NCBI GenBank assembly: GCA_945935525.1
Contig: CAMERI010000001.1
Span: forward strand, 227,548 to 291,547
DNA: 64,000 bases
Source of the DNA: an uncultured bacterium
Lineage (GTDB): Bacteria; Bacillota_I; Bacilli_A; RF39; UBA660
Direction of reading: 5' to 3'
Below are positions 19,676 through 31,160 of this stretch, one piece after another. The position numbers and the translations under genes are program-made. The notes beneath the pieces are model-generated. The model did not search any database, had not been told where the DNA came from, and was given only the letters and a program-made list of their open reading frames with translations. Each line of letters begins with the position of its first letter. Position 1 is the first letter of the stretch.

Positions 19676-20287
19676 TTATATGTATTTATCACAAGGAGCA
19701 AATGTTTTTCTATGTTCTTTTATTATTCCATATTTTTCTATTGCTTCTATATGTTTTTTAGTTCCATATCCTTTATTATGTTTAAAGTCGTATTCAGGAT
19801 GTATTTTATCTAATTCTATCATCATTCTGTCTCTTGTTACTTTAGCAACTATACTAGCAGCAGCAATGCTTTCACTTTTAGCATCTCCTTTTATTATAGA
19901 TATTTGTGGTATATCTATATTTAGTTTAACTGCATCTATCAATAAATATTCCGGTTTAACACTTAAATTGTTTACCGCTTCTATCATTGCTTTCTTAGTA
20001 GCTTCAAGTATATTTATTTCATCTATCACATCTTCACTACTAATACCTATTCCTACACTAACTGCATTTTCCATTATAACATCGTATAATAATTCTCTTT
20101 TTTTCTCAGTTAGTTTTTTTGAATCATTTATTCTTTCATCATAAAAATCTCTTGGAAGTATAACAGCAGCAGTGACAACAGGACCTACTAAAGGACCTCT
20201 ACCTACTTCATCTATACCTGCTATATATTTTATTCCACTTTCATATAATTCATTCTCAAACTCTTTCATATTGCCTCTATAATTCAT
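19676..20287 (-). CDS. rnhB: Ribonuclease HII
   Basis: '[23 protein letters not shown]' and the remainder of the RNase HII fold. Confidence 0.85.
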   Translation of the reverse strand: MNYRGNMKEFENELYESGIKYIAGIDEVGRGPLVGPVVTAAVILPRDFYDERINDSKKLTEKKRELLYDVIMENAVSVGIGISSEDVIDEINILEATKKAMIEAVNNLSVKPEYLLIDAVKLNIDIPQISIIKGDAKSESIAAASIVAKVTRDRMMIELDKIHPEYDFKHNKGYGTKKHIEAIEKYGIIKEHRKTFAPCDKYI

Positions 20288-21290
20288 CTATTTTTATTTT
20301 CATTGCTTTCTCAAATATTGGAACAAGTCCAATCTTCTCACTCACAAAACTAGGTTTTATTTGATAAACACCCGGAAAACAATTTCCCTCAATAATAACA
20401 GCATCACTTTCAGTAATTGCTACATCCCATCCAACATATTTTACTTCTGGCATTTTTTTAGCACATTTTCTTACTAAATCAATTGCTTTATCATAATTAG
20501 GAATCTCATAACCTACTATTTTAATCTTACTGATTGGATGCTCATAAAATATATTATCATCTCTATCTATTGCTGGAACTATTATTTTACCATCGCAAAC
20601 AAAAGTATACATGCTTCCACTAGAGAAGTTATCAGTTACACCACCATTACCTATCTTAAATACAACATTTAAAATATGAGTCTCTTTTCCATCAAAGAAC
20701 GTAACTATTCTAAATGTATTAACACTTGTTTTATTAAGTTTAGCTATTTCTTTATTTTGAATAATCTTTTCTTCAACTAATAATTTATTATTAGAAACTA
20801 AATATTCATAAATATCTTTAAGTTTCTTTTTATCTACTTTTATAAGTTCTATTCCTTCTCCACCACTACCACCTACAGGTTTAGCAATAAAATCTTTTTT
20901 ATTATCACAAAACTTAACAAACTCATCATAATTATTATCTAAATATAACCAATCACGTTTTAAAAACTCATTAAATATTTTATTAAATTCTACCTTATCA
21001 TCAAACTTCTTTGATATCTCTTTATCATTAAACATTCTTACGATAGCATTATTTTTAACTCTAGTTAAGTAAGTCTTTCTCTCTTTAGAATTCAAATTAT
21101 AAAATTCAAACTCTTGATAATCATAAGGACCACTACCATATTTTATAGAACAAAATACTATATCAAAAAGTAAAAATAACCTACATTTATGAGTCTTATT
21201 ATGTATCTTACCAACTATATTAAATATACTTTTAATAGTTCCACCCTTAAAACATTTTATTTTATAAATTAAACTTTTCATATTCACCAC
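20277..21290 (-). CDS. ATP-grasp domain protein (TupA-like, sugar-transfer-associated)
   Basis: '[17 protein letters not shown]' ATP-grasp signature; 337 aa. Confidence 0.45.
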   Translation of the reverse strand: MVNMKSLIYKIKCFKGGTIKSIFNIVGKIHNKTHKCRLFLLFDIVFCSIKYGSGPYDYQEFEFYNLNSKERKTYLTRVKNNAIVRMFNDKEISKKFDDKVEFNKIFNEFLKRDWLYLDNNYDEFVKFCDNKKDFIAKPVGGSGGEGIELIKVDKKKLKDIYEYLVSNNKLLVEEKIIQNKEIAKLNKTSVNTFRIVTFFDGKETHILNVVFKIGNGGVTDNFSSGSMYTFVCDGKIIVPAIDRDDNIFYEHPISKIKIVGYEIPNYDKAIDLVRKCAKKMPEVKYVGWDVAITESDAVIIEGNCFPGVYQIKPSFVSEKIGLVPIFEKAMKIKIDEL

Positions 21291-21358
21291 TACACTTAGT
21301 ATACCATAATTTTCTTATTTTTACTAAATAAAAAGTAGTAGTACATAAATACTACTAC

Positions 21359-23455
21359 TTATGATATTTGAATTTCATTATCTTTATAGTCTACAACTAT
21401 ATCAGTATTTTGTCTTATTTCGTTATTAATAAGTTTACGTGCTATTAAAGTTTCAAGTTTATTATTAACAAGTCTCTTTAAAGGTCTAGCACCATAATAT
21501 TCATCATATCCATTATTGATAAAGTATTCTTTAGCTTTTTCTGTTAATCTAATTTTAACATTAATATCAACAAGTCTATGTTCTATTTCACTAATAATCT
21601 TATCAAGTATTTCACTTAAATTATCTTTAGAAAGTTTATTAAATACAACTATTTCATCAAGTCTATTTAAAAATTCCGGTCTAAAATATTTATTAAGTTC
21701 ACTTCTTACTTTATCTTCTTCATTATTTATAATATACTCACTTCCTACATTAGAAGTCATAATTATAATTGTATTTTTAAAGTTAACTGTTCTACCATTT
21801 GAATCAGTTAGTCTTCCTTCATCAAGTATTTGAAGTAATAAGTTAAGTACATCTGGATGTGCTTTTTCTATTTCATCAAATAAAACTATTGAATATGGAT
21901 TTCTTCTTACTTTTTCAGTAAGTTGTCCACCTTCTTCATATCCAACATATCCAGGAGCAGCACCAATTAATCTAGACACAGAATATTTTTCCATGTATTC
22001 ACTCATATCTATTCTTACCATATGGTGTTCATCATCAAATAATTCATATGCAAGACTTCTAGCTACTTCTGTTTTACCTACTCCAGTTGGACCTAAAAAC
22101 ATAAATGAACCAATAGGTCTTTCAGGATCTTTAATTCCACTTCTAGAACGAATTATAGCATCACTCACAAGCTTAATTGCACCATCTTGACCCTTAACAC
22201 GTTTCTTTAAGTTTTCCTCTAAATTAAGTATCTTTTCCTTTTCACTACTCATTAGCTTAGATAATGGAATATTAGTCCATTTACTTATAACATCTCCAAT
22301 ATCTTCACTAGTAACAGTATCAGATAAAATACCATCTTTACGTTTCTTAGTAAGCTCACTTAATTTTTGTTCTAATTTTGGTAAAGTACCATTCTTAATT
22401 CTAGCAGCAGTTTCTAAATCATAATTATTTTTAGCTTCTTCAAATTCAAAAGTATATCTAGATATATCAGATTTAACTTTCTTTATATCTTCATTAATTT
22501 CTTTTTCTTCTTTCCATTTAGTACTTAATTCTTGTTCTTTTCCTTTTAATGTATAAAGTTCATCATCAATTTTTTCAAGTCTCTTAATAGAAAGTTCATC
22601 CTTTTCTTTCTTTAATGCTTCTTTTTCTACTTGTAAAGTTAATATTTTTCTAGTTATTTCATCTAATGAAGTTGGTACACTATCCATTTGTACTCTTATA
22701 GTAGCACATGCTTCATCAACTAAATCTATTGCTTTATCTGGTAAGAATCTATCAGTTATATATCTATTTGATAAAGTTGCAGCACTTACAAGAGCTTTAT
22801 CTTGAATAGTAACCCCATGATATATTTCAAATCTTTCTTTAAGTCCACGAAGTATTGTTATAGTGTCTTCTACAGTTGGTTCACTAATAGTTACTTTTTG
22901 AAATCTACGTTCTAAAGCACCATCTTTTTCAATATACATTCTGTATTCATTTAAAGTAGTAGCACCTATTACATGTATTTCACCACGAGCAAGCATTGGT
23001 TTTAATATATTACCTGTATCCATTGCTCCATCAACTGCTCCAGTACCAACTATTAAGTGAATTTCATCAATAAACATTATTATGTTTCCTTCACTCTTCT
23101 TAACTTCATCAAGTACTTTTTTAAGTCTTTCTTCAAATTCTCCTCTATATTTAGCACCAGCTATTAAAGAAGACATATTTAACTCCCATACTATTTTATT
23201 TTTTAAACTCTCTGGTACATCTCCTCTAACTATTCTTTGAGCAAGTCCTTCTACTATCGCAGTTTTACCTACTCCTGGTTCTCCAATTAAAACCGGATTA
23301 TTTTTTGTCTTTCTAGATAAAATTCTAGTTATACTACGAATCTCATCATCACGACCGATGATAGGATCAATCTTATGATTCTTAACATCTTCATTTATAT
23401 TACGTCCATACTTTTCTAAGACGTTTTCATTTTCTTCATTATTCATATTGAACAT
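21359..23455 (-). CDS. clpB: ClpB-type AAA+ disaggregase lacking the N-terminal domain
   Basis: Begins at the '[11 protein letters not shown]...[46 protein letters not shown]' NBD1 region. A long ClpB-type middle coiled coil and NBD2 (GPTGVGKTE) follow; 698 aa. Confidence 0.8.
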   Translation of the reverse strand: MFNMNNEENENVLEKYGRNINEDVKNHKIDPIIGRDDEIRSITRILSRKTKNNPVLIGEPGVGKTAIVEGLAQRIVRGDVPESLKNKIVWELNMSSLIAGAKYRGEFEERLKKVLDEVKKSEGNIIMFIDEIHLIVGTGAVDGAMDTGNILKPMLARGEIHVIGATTLNEYRMYIEKDGALERRFQKVTISEPTVEDTITILRGLKERFEIYHGVTIQDKALVSAATLSNRYITDRFLPDKAIDLVDEACATIRVQMDSVPTSLDEITRKILTLQVEKEALKKEKDELSIKRLEKIDDELYTLKGKEQELSTKWKEEKEINEDIKKVKSDISRYTFEFEEAKNNYDLETAARIKNGTLPKLEQKLSELTKKRKDGILSDTVTSEDIGDVISKWTNIPLSKLMSSEKEKILNLEENLKKRVKGQDGAIKLVSDAIIRSRSGIKDPERPIGSFMFLGPTGVGKTEVARSLAYELFDDEHHMVRIDMSEYMEKYSVSRLIGAAPGYVGYEEGGQLTEKVRRNPYSIVLFDEIEKAHPDVLNLLLQILDEGRLTDSNGRTVNFKNTIIIMTSNVGSEYIINNEEDKVRSELNKYFRPEFLNRLDEIVVFNKLSKDNLSEILDKIISEIEHRLVDINVKIRLTEKAKEYFINNGYDEYYGARPLKRLVNNKLETLIARKLINNEIRQNTDIVVDYKDNEIQIS

Positions 23456-23496
23456 ATCTATACCTCCTATTCAATGAGCATATTATACATCATTTT

Positions 23497-23523
23497 TTAG
23501 CACTTGTCAATATAGAGTGCTAA
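23497..23523 (-). promoter_or_regulatory. CIRCE (HrcA operator) upstream of clpB
   Basis: TTAGCACTT-N9-GAGTGCTAA matches the CIRCE consensus TTAGCACTC-N9-GAGTGCTAA; it is about 45 bp upstream of the clpB start. Confidence 0.7.
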
Positions 23524-23583
23524 TTATTTATAAATAAAAATCGTTTAAGATTTTTTATTATTTTCTCCAACGAAATTGTAAAA

Positions 23584-23988
23584 CTATCCTTGTCCAAAAT
23601 TTACCATATTCCATGAATTATCTTTTTTAATAAATTCCATAGAATATATATATTCTTCATTTCTATTTAAAGTTTGATCGGTAATTAAAAAAGTTTTAAA
23701 TTTAATATTAATTACTACTGCCTCGGTAGCTGAATATTCATTTTTTAGTTGTTCTTCCAAATCTGCAACATCCTTTTCATAATACTCAATTGTTAATAAT
23801 TTAGCATTTATATTCCATTTATAAAATTCTTTTTCTGCTAACTCAACAACTTCATTAATATCTTTCAAATCATGTGATTGATTATTTATAGTTATTTTAA
23901 CATCATTAGTTTTATTCAAAAAAATATAACAACCCACTACAAAGCCAATTACCAATATAATTATTAATATAAACCATTTCTTTTTCAT
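23584..23988 (-). CDS. Small membrane-anchored hypothetical protein
   Basis: N-terminal TM/signal anchor MKKKWFILIIILVIGFVVGC; 134 aa. Confidence 0.4.
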   Translation of the reverse strand: MKKKWFILIIILVIGFVVGCYIFLNKTNDVKITINNQSHDLKDINEVVELAEKEFYKWNINAKLLTIEYYEKDVADLEEQLKNEYSATEAVVINIKFKTFLITDQTLNRNEEYIYSMEFIKKDNSWNMVNFGQG

Positions 23989-24259
23989 ACAAACATAATA
24001 CCATTAAATATAATTAGTATCAATCATAGTATATCAAATATATGTAAACACACTATATTTCTTCTTAATAAAGAAAGCCTTATTTATCTTTAACATTTAA
24101 AATGATACCAATGCTCATCATACTAACTAATAAAGATGATCCACCATAACTAATAAAAGGAAGAGTTACACCTCATAGATTGCCATAATAACTGTTTTTG
24201 TTTGGTTACACTTACTAAATAACTGTAAATTAGAGGTAATATTTCTAAATAACTGAAAA

Positions 24260-25831
24260 TTAAATTTCTACTAATTCTGGAAATTTTAAATATACATATA
24301 CCTTCTTATCTTTATCAATTTCAATCTTTTTAACTAACCTTTCAATTTGATCTTTAGTAGGATTCTTTAATGACATATAGTCTATAACAGCACTTTTACA
24401 TTTATTAAAGCTTGTACTAGACTTCTCATTTTGATTAGCTAAAAGTCTTTTGTTTAAAATCTCTAGTTCGTGATTAATTTTAGTTATTTCACTTTTTGTT
24501 TTCTCATAGATTCTTTTATACATTTCTTCATCAACCAGTCCCTTTACTTTATCAATATACAAATTATCAATAGTTGTTTGATGAGAACTTAGTAAAGCTT
24601 CGAATCTTTCAATTTTCTTTTTAATTTCTTTAATATTTTTAATAACAATATTTTCAGAATTATCAACTAAATTACTTATGTCATAATATTTACAAATTTT
24701 TTCACACATTTCTTGTAAATATTCAACAATATCTTCTTCTAGCCAATCATAATTAACTCTATGTGATGAACAAATACCAAACTTTCCCTTTCTAGTATAT
24801 AAATTACATTGTGTATAATGTCTTATACCAGATTTTGTAACATCTTCACTAATTCTTATAGAACGACCACATTCCTTACATATAAGTAACCCACCCAGTA
24901 AATATTCTAATTGATGGCTTGTTATTCTTGTTTTAGTTTTACTATTAATTATTTCTTGTACTTTTTCAAATGTTTCTTTAGATATTATACCTTCATGTGT
25001 ACCTTCAACAATAATTAATTCATTATCTGCAGTTTTTCTTAATTTTTTCGAATTATAGCTTATCTTATTATGAGTATTTTGAACCATATTACCAATATAC
25101 ATTTGATTAGTTAAAATTCCTTTAATAGTTTGTCTTTTCCATATACCGTAGCCATCATTTTCAGTTACATCTTTTGCTCTAGGCTCACCTTTATAAACAA
25201 TAGGAATAGGTATTTTCTTTAAAGTTAAATGTTCTGCTATTTTATTTGATGATTTACCTTCTAGTGCTAAATCATAAATTAATTCAACAATATGTCTTAC
25301 ATCTTCGTCAACAATTAATTTGTGTCTATCATTTGGATTTTTTTTATATCCATATAATGGAAAAGAACCTATATAGTCTCCTCTATTTTGTTTTGCACGA
25401 AGAGATGTCTTAACTTTTTTAGAAACATCCCTTAAATATAAATCATTAACACTTAATCTAATTCCAAGCATTGAATCACCTATATTGGAGTCATAAGAAT
25501 CATTAATTGCAATATATCTAATACCTTTTTCTAAAAAATACTCTTCTATATATTTTCCAGTTTTATACATTTCACGACCTAAACGAGATAGGTCTTTTGT
25601 AATAACACAATTAATTTTCCCTCCTTCAATATCACTAATCATTTCTTGAAATCCTGGTCTATCAAAATTACCGCCTGAATAACCATCATCTATATAATGT
25701 TTATATATTTTAAGATTGTTGAATTTAGCAAAAGAATCAATTATAATTTTTTGACTTTGAATAGAAGAACTTTCATCAACTTTATTGTCTGCATCTGATA
25801 ACCTATCATAAGCACCACATATATATTCCAT
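24260..25831 (-). CDS. Large serine recombinase (resolvase/invertase catalytic domain plus recombinase and zinc-ribbon-like C-terminal region)
   Basis: N-terminus 'YDRLSDADN...IDDGYSGGNFDRPGFQEMI...VITKDLSRLGRE' is the serine recombinase catalytic domain. Length is 523 aa, with Cys clusters in the C-terminal half. Confidence 0.8.
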   Translation of the reverse strand: MEYICGAYDRLSDADNKVDESSSIQSQKIIIDSFAKFNNLKIYKHYIDDGYSGGNFDRPGFQEMISDIEGGKINCVITKDLSRLGREMYKTGKYIEEYFLEKGIRYIAINDSYDSNIGDSMLGIRLSVNDLYLRDVSKKVKTSLRAKQNRGDYIGSFPLYGYKKNPNDRHKLIVDEDVRHIVELIYDLALEGKSSNKIAEHLTLKKIPIPIVYKGEPRAKDVTENDGYGIWKRQTIKGILTNQMYIGNMVQNTHNKISYNSKKLRKTADNELIIVEGTHEGIISKETFEKVQEIINSKTKTRITSHQLEYLLGGLLICKECGRSIRISEDVTKSGIRHYTQCNLYTRKGKFGICSSHRVNYDWLEEDIVEYLQEMCEKICKYYDISNLVDNSENIVIKNIKEIKKKIERFEALLSSHQTTIDNLYIDKVKGLVDEEMYKRIYEKTKSEITKINHELEILNKRLLANQNEKSSTSFNKCKSAVIDYMSLKNPTKDQIERLVKKIEIDKDKKVYVYLKFPELVEI

Positions 25832-26413
25832 TAATAAAGTTCCTCCATTATAGTATAGTTCTTAATATTGTTATTGGTATTTCTATATTGAATAGTACTA
25901 TTCTCCATTTCTAAATTATGCAATACCAATACCTCACGATGCCATGATAACATCAAATTTTTAAAAAGACAAATCATTTGGCTTTTAAGTTTCTTAAATA
26001 GCATAAATATCCCTCCTTTAATATTTCTTCAAGTTTTATACCATCTTTATTATAAATATAAGTAATATCAAGTTTTCTTCTTTTTCCATTCTTATCTATT
26101 CGTTTCATAGAGAATTCACCTCTATAAAATCTATTCGCCTAAAAAGAAAATAATACTTATCATTTTCTAACATATTTTTCTCCTATTTGATATTCAAACG
26201 AATGAGAATTCTTTAAATGTATTTCAATATAATAAATATTATATTAATGATTTTTCCATATCATTTATATCTTTAGTTAAACTAATAACAGAAAATGTTC
26301 TGTTATTTTTTGTTTTATATTTAATTCGCCTCTCTTCCTCTCTAGCATTCTTACTAGATATTTTTAATGCACAAAATAAAAAAGAATAGAAATTCTTTTA
26401 GAAAATCTATTCT

Positions 26414-26923
26414 TTATTTAACTTTATTAGCAAGTTTTATAACTGCTTTTGTATATTTCATAAGTTCTTTTTTGTTTTTAAATCCACAAGTCATTGCATA
26501 ATAATCAGTATAACTATCATCTTCTTTTATTAACTTTAACTGTAAAGATTTATCAATATTATAATTTTCTTTAGCAGATAAGTTAGATAATTTAGAATAA
26601 TCTTTAACTGTTATATTATAAAGTGGATCATTACTTTTAAATTTATCATATATTTCATTTGATATTATACAATTATCAATAAGTTCCTCGTTATTCTCAA
26701 ATTCTATTAATATCTTGTTTTTATCAGGATATACTGTTACATTTTTAACTCTATCAATGTATACTGCTTTACCATCTTTTATTTTACCTACATATGGTCC
26801 TTTTAGTGATAGTAAAACAATAATTAGTATAACAACTAGAAGAATACTTGAAATAATGATAATTTGTTTTTTAGATAGTTTCTTTATCTTTAATTTTGTC
26901 TTTTTCACATTACCATCCTTCAA
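26414..26923 (-). CDS. Membrane-anchored hypothetical protein
   Basis: Basic N-terminus followed by a TM segment (IIIISSILLVVILIIVLL); 169 aa; immediately downstream of the large surface protein gene. Confidence 0.4.
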   Translation of the reverse strand: MKDGNVKKTKLKIKKLSKKQIIIISSILLVVILIIVLLSLKGPYVGKIKDGKAVYIDRVKNVTVYPDKNKILIEFENNEELIDNCIISNEIYDKFKSNDPLYNITVKDYSKLSNLSAKENYNIDKSLQLKLIKEDDSYTDYYAMTCGFKNKKELMKYTKAVIKLANKVK

Positions 26924-26934
26924 ATTTTATATTT

Positions 26935-26965
26935 AAAAAGGAGTTAGAGTTTTCTCTAACTCACA
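26935..26965 (-). terminator. Rho-independent terminator after the large surface protein gene
   Basis: Hairpin gagttagag/ctctaactc followed on the minus strand by a T-run. Confidence 0.45.
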
Positions 26966-26967
26966 TT

Positions 26968-29900
26968 TTAATTTGTTTGTTTTCTTCTATAAAAGATTCC
27001 AGCTCCAGCAAGTCCTACGATTGATAAGATTCCACTTATTATATAGAATCCAATATTATCTCCAGTTTGTGGATTGTCAGTAGGCACTGTTACTTTTGCT
27101 ACATTAAATGTTGTAATTGCTTCTCCACCATCATTGAATACAACTTTTAAAGTATGTTCTCCAACTGATAATGTATCAACAAATTCTTTCTTTAATGTAA
27201 TTATTGTGCTTCCACTTTCTGCTGTATAATTTTTAGGATCAACTAATTCATTATCAACATATACTTTACCAGCATCAAATAATCTAAAGTCAGCATTTAT
27301 TTTAAATTTAGCTTCAGTATTTTTAGTAATTATATATTTTTGATTAGCTCCTTCAGTTACTTCATAAACTATTTTTTCAACTACAACTTCTAAATTGATA
27401 TTAGATGTTATATTTGTAAGTTTTAAAGTATCTCCAACCATATCAGCAGTTTTATCAGTTCCATCGACTAGAACTTTAACTAACTTATATCCACTATTAG
27501 CAGTTATAGTAAATTCTTTATCTTCACCATAACTTACTGCAACTACTCCGTTTGGAGTAATAGTAGCACCATCTACATCTTTAACAGTTACAGTAAATGG
27601 TATTTTCTTATAACTTACAATAACCTTTTTTTCTTCATTTATAGTAAGTACTATTGTATTACCAGTTACAGTAGTTTCTACTGTATTTACTAATACTTTA
27701 TCAATCATATATCCAGTATTTGGTGTAAATGTTATTTCAACTTTAGTTCCTTCAACAGCACCTATTATACTTGGTGTAATTGTTCCATTTCCACCATCAA
27801 CTGATGTTATTACATTAAACGTATTTTTAACTACAACCTCAATATCAATATCAGTTATTGTTTTATAGTTTATAGTATCAACTGGAGTATATGTAGCTTT
27901 ATAAATATGTGTTCCAACTGTTAATACTATACTTGCATCATTCCAAGTAAATCCACTAGGTAAAGTCACATCATTTAACGTTTTTCCTATTACACTAGTA
28001 AGACCAGTTGGTACAGTATAGTTTGGTGTTGCTTGAGTGATTGACCAATTTAAAACTAAATCTGTAGTTGTACTATCTTTCCACTCATAATTATTTTTAT
28101 CTTTTAAGGATACTGTAATGCTATAATTTCCAACATTAGTAGCCTTAATATCGCCAGAAAAACTCATCTTATTTAAATCAAAATTACTATCTTGTGGAAC
28201 TATTTCATCACCAGTATATTCAAAAGTATCTTTAACTAAAGTTACTTTTTCAAGTTGTACTTTTTTAATAGTAAATGCTACACTAAATGTTCCAGTGTAA
28301 TTTGCATTTGTATCAGGAACTTTATATGTTACTGTATAAGTACCAGCATTTGTAGGTGCTGTAGCACTATTATAATTTGTAGAACCAGTTCCTTTATATA
28401 ATACTTCTAAATCACTAACATTTACTGTTCCATCATTAACACTAATTGTTCCTGTTGGCATTTTAGGATTTCCATCATAAGTAAATGTTTCATTATTAGA
28501 AAGTCCTGAAATATTTACATCTGTTTTATTTACAACATGAACTGTAAATTCTTTTGATGTTTCTTTCCATTCAGGAGTAGCATCTCCACCAAGATCCATT
28601 TTTGCTGCTGTAACAGTCATTACAACATCACCTTCAGTAGCTCCTGCTACATATTCTTCATTTGTAGCAAGATATGTAAGTGCTGTTCCTGATTTAATAG
28701 TAAAATCAATATTTCCTACATTTCCAGTTACTGATTGTTCTAAATAATCTTTTGTTATAGAACCATTAACTCTTACATATTGATCTGCAATTGCTAAAGG
28801 TTGTTCTGCACTTGTTACTGTTAGTTTTCCAAATGTATGAGTTCCAAATGTATAATTATCAGTAACATCATCAGAACCTCTCATAACTTTAACAGTAAAC
28901 TCATTATCAGATGTTCCTACATATGTTTGACTTCCAGTAAATTCTACTACTACCTCATCACCAGCTACAGTTTCACCTGTTACTGTTTTATTATTATTAG
29001 TTAGTGGATTACCATCATATGTTTTATTAGCATTTTCAGATGTTACAGTAATACTACTATCTTTTTTGTTTACAGTTAATTTACCAGCAGCTTTTACTTT
29101 ATTAGAATAACAATCACTTACATCAACACCCTCAGCATTTGTTATAGTAATTTTTCCAATTGTATTATTTTCAAGAGCTGTTTCGTTAACATCTCTTACT
29201 TTACCAGTAATTTCTGCAGTAACTTTATCACCATTAGGTAATGTTTTATCAGCTACTGCACTACCATTATTTGCCCATAAAACATCATAAGCATTTTTTG
29301 TATGGTATGTTCCATCATAAGTAAATGTTTCATCATAACTTTTTACTTTTACTTCTGTAGTAATTGGTTTAATTTCAAAATCAACACTACTTTCACTTTC
29401 AATATAGTTTATACTTGTGATTTTTACATTCACTTTATATTTACCTACTAATATAGGTAATGTATTTCCTACATTTTCATAATTTCCAGGAGTTGTTTCT
29501 TTTGAATAATAAATTTCATATTCATTACTTCCTAAAGATTCTAATCCTGTTATACTTAAAGTTGGATTACTATTATATATCCAATCACTTGGATAATCAA
29601 TTACTACTCCATCATAATTTTTCTTTTCAACTTTTAATGTAACTGTTGCTGTATATGTTTTACCATCCATAGCTTCTACAGTAATTGTAGCTGTATAAGT
29701 ACCAACAGCAAGACCAGCTTTTGCTTTTACTTTAAAATCAGTATTTGTTGCACCAGCACTAACTGTTGGTTGTGTAGTTCCAATGATTTCAAATTTTCCA
29801 GGTTCAGACACTGTTACATTTTTAATTTGTAATTCATTATCACCAACATTTTTAATTGATATACCATTAAGACTAGGTGTTTCCTTATAAGTTTCATTTA

Positions 29901-30804
29901 TTTCTACATTATTTACTTCAAAGCCATTAACTTTTTTTATAATAATGTAAGGATTTTCTCCTCCTGTTGAATAAAAATCTTCAACTAAAGTATTTCTATC
30001 TTTTTCAGTTAAAACTGGAGCCCCTGTTGTATAAGGTAGTTCTTGAAAGTATGCTTTAGAATTAGGATTAATTACATTATCTAATTTCATTTTTCCTAAT
30101 TTATTACTTCCTAATTTGCTTGCAAGTCCCATCACTTTCAATGACTCAAAATTAAAATTGAATTTAATATCTGAATCTGAATCATCACTAGTGTGAAAAA
30201 GAGACTTCTGATCACCGACTTTAAATACAGCGTCTTTTACTTTTACATCAACAGTAATATTTCTACCATTTGTATAGTATTTATTAGAAAAGAAAGAAAA
30301 GTAACTATTAGTTGAACTAATCATTTCATAATACCCACCATCAATAGTTAGTCCAAATTTTTTTATTTCCTCATCATGAATAACATCATAAGTAGTAAAA
30401 TTAATGCTTTTTTTTGTAAGAATCTTACCAGTTTTACTACTACTACTATCCTTAATAGTTAACTTACTATTAAAGTTATAATAGTAATCGTTAATTGCTT
30501 CATCATAATCAGACATTCCATAATTAAATGAAAGACCTTCGGAACCTGTATCTAATGTTTGCCCATTTAATTCAAGAGTAATGTCATTAACAACATAAAA
30601 ATTTAGGTACTTTGTTAAAGTAATATCTTTTGTTAATTTAATTTCATTTATCTCAGAATCAAATCCTTTTGATGCATTAATTAGCTCTTCCTCATTCTCT
30701 ACCGTGATTGTTTTTGCATTTACATTAGTTAACCCTACAGCAAAGATTGCTACTAATGTAAATAATATCGTAGTTAATTTTTTAACTACATTTTTCTTTT
30801 CCAT
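26968..30804 (-). CDS. Large cell-wall-anchored surface protein (Ig-like repeats, Listeria-Bacteroides/Flg_new-type repeats, NPQTG sorting signal)
   Basis: Signal peptide; many beta-rich repeats; two C-terminal repeats with 'TPNTGYMIDKVLVN'/'ANSGYKLVKVLVDG'; C-terminus NPQTGD, then a hydrophobic stretch and RRKQTN. Confidence 0.7.
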   Translation of the reverse strand: MEKKNVVKKLTTILFTLVAIFAVGLTNVNAKTITVENEEELINASKGFDSEINEIKLTKDITLTKYLNFYVVNDITLELNGQTLDTGSEGLSFNYGMSDYDEAINDYYYNFNSKLTIKDSSSSKTGKILTKKSINFTTYDVIHDEEIKKFGLTIDGGYYEMISSTNSYFSFFSNKYYTNGRNITVDVKVKDAVFKVGDQKSLFHTSDDSDSDIKFNFNFESLKVMGLASKLGSNKLGKMKLDNVINPNSKAYFQELPYTTGAPVLTEKDRNTLVEDFYSTGGENPYIIIKKVNGFEVNNVEINETYKETPSLNGISIKNVGDNELQIKNVTVSEPGKFEIIGTTQPTVSAGATNTDFKVKAKAGLAVGTYTATITVEAMDGKTYTATVTLKVEKKNYDGVVIDYPSDWIYNSNPTLSITGLESLGSNEYEIYYSKETTPGNYENVGNTLPILVGKYKVNVKITSINYIESESSVDFEIKPITTEVKVKSYDETFTYDGTYHTKNAYDVLWANNGSAVADKTLPNGDKVTAEITGKVRDVNETALENNTIGKITITNAEGVDVSDCYSNKVKAAGKLTVNKKDSSITVTSENANKTYDGNPLTNNNKTVTGETVAGDEVVVEFTGSQTYVGTSDNEFTVKVMRGSDDVTDNYTFGTHTFGKLTVTSAEQPLAIADQYVRVNGSITKDYLEQSVTGNVGNIDFTIKSGTALTYLATNEEYVAGATEGDVVMTVTAAKMDLGGDATPEWKETSKEFTVHVVNKTDVNISGLSNNETFTYDGNPKMPTGTISVNDGTVNVSDLEVLYKGTGSTNYNSATAPTNAGTYTVTYKVPDTNANYTGTFSVAFTIKKVQLEKVTLVKDTFEYTGDEIVPQDSNFDLNKMSFSGDIKATNVGNYSITVSLKDKNNYEWKDSTTTDLVLNWSITQATPNYTVPTGLTSVIGKTLNDVTLPSGFTWNDASIVLTVGTHIYKATYTPVDTINYKTITDIDIEVVVKNTFNVITSVDGGNGTITPSIIGAVEGTKVEITFTPNTGYMIDKVLVNTVETTVTGNTIVLTINEEKKVIVSYKKIPFTVTVKDVDGATITPNGVVAVSYGEDKEFTITANSGYKLVKVLVDGTDKTADMVGDTLKLTNITSNINLEVVVEKIVYEVTEGANQKYIITKNTEAKFKINADFRLFDAGKVYVDNELVDPKNYTAESGSTIITLKKEFVDTLSVGEHTLKVVFNDGGEAITTFNVAKVTVPTDNPQTGDNIGFYIISGILSIVGLAGAGIFYRRKQTN

Positions 30805-30947
30805 TTTTTATCTCCTTTCTATTACATTGTATCATATTGTTTTCGCTTTTAAAATATGTTTTTAACATTTAAAATTAAAAATTATTTTCGTTATTATTTG
30901 AAACGAATAATTATAAGTATTTATATATGTTTTTTATTATAAAAAAA

Positions 30948-31000
30948 GGAAATGTGACAAAATACTGCCACAAATCGTATTTTGCTGAAATCACATTTCC
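30948..31000. promoter_or_regulatory. Long imperfect palindrome in the divergent promoter region between the surface protein and sortase genes
   Basis: ggaaatgtgacaaaatac-N11-gtattttgctgaaatcacatttcc. Confidence 0.35.
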
Positions 31001-31160
31001 AATATGTATATTTTGATTTTTGCTTCGAGGAATTTTTGATGAAACAAATCAAAAACATATTTGAATTGGCTATTACTACCAACAATTTAATTATAGCAAA
31101 ATTGTTTTTATATATAAATCTAATTTATATTTTTTTAATTTAATTTTTGATATAATATTT

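Noticed and set aside
19680-20144. 154-aa ORF antisense to rnhB
   Set aside because: It is antisense to a conserved RNase HII gene and is serine-rich low complexity.
21516-22190. Two small ORFs inside clpB on the opposite strand
   Set aside because: They are antisense to a conserved AAA+ gene.
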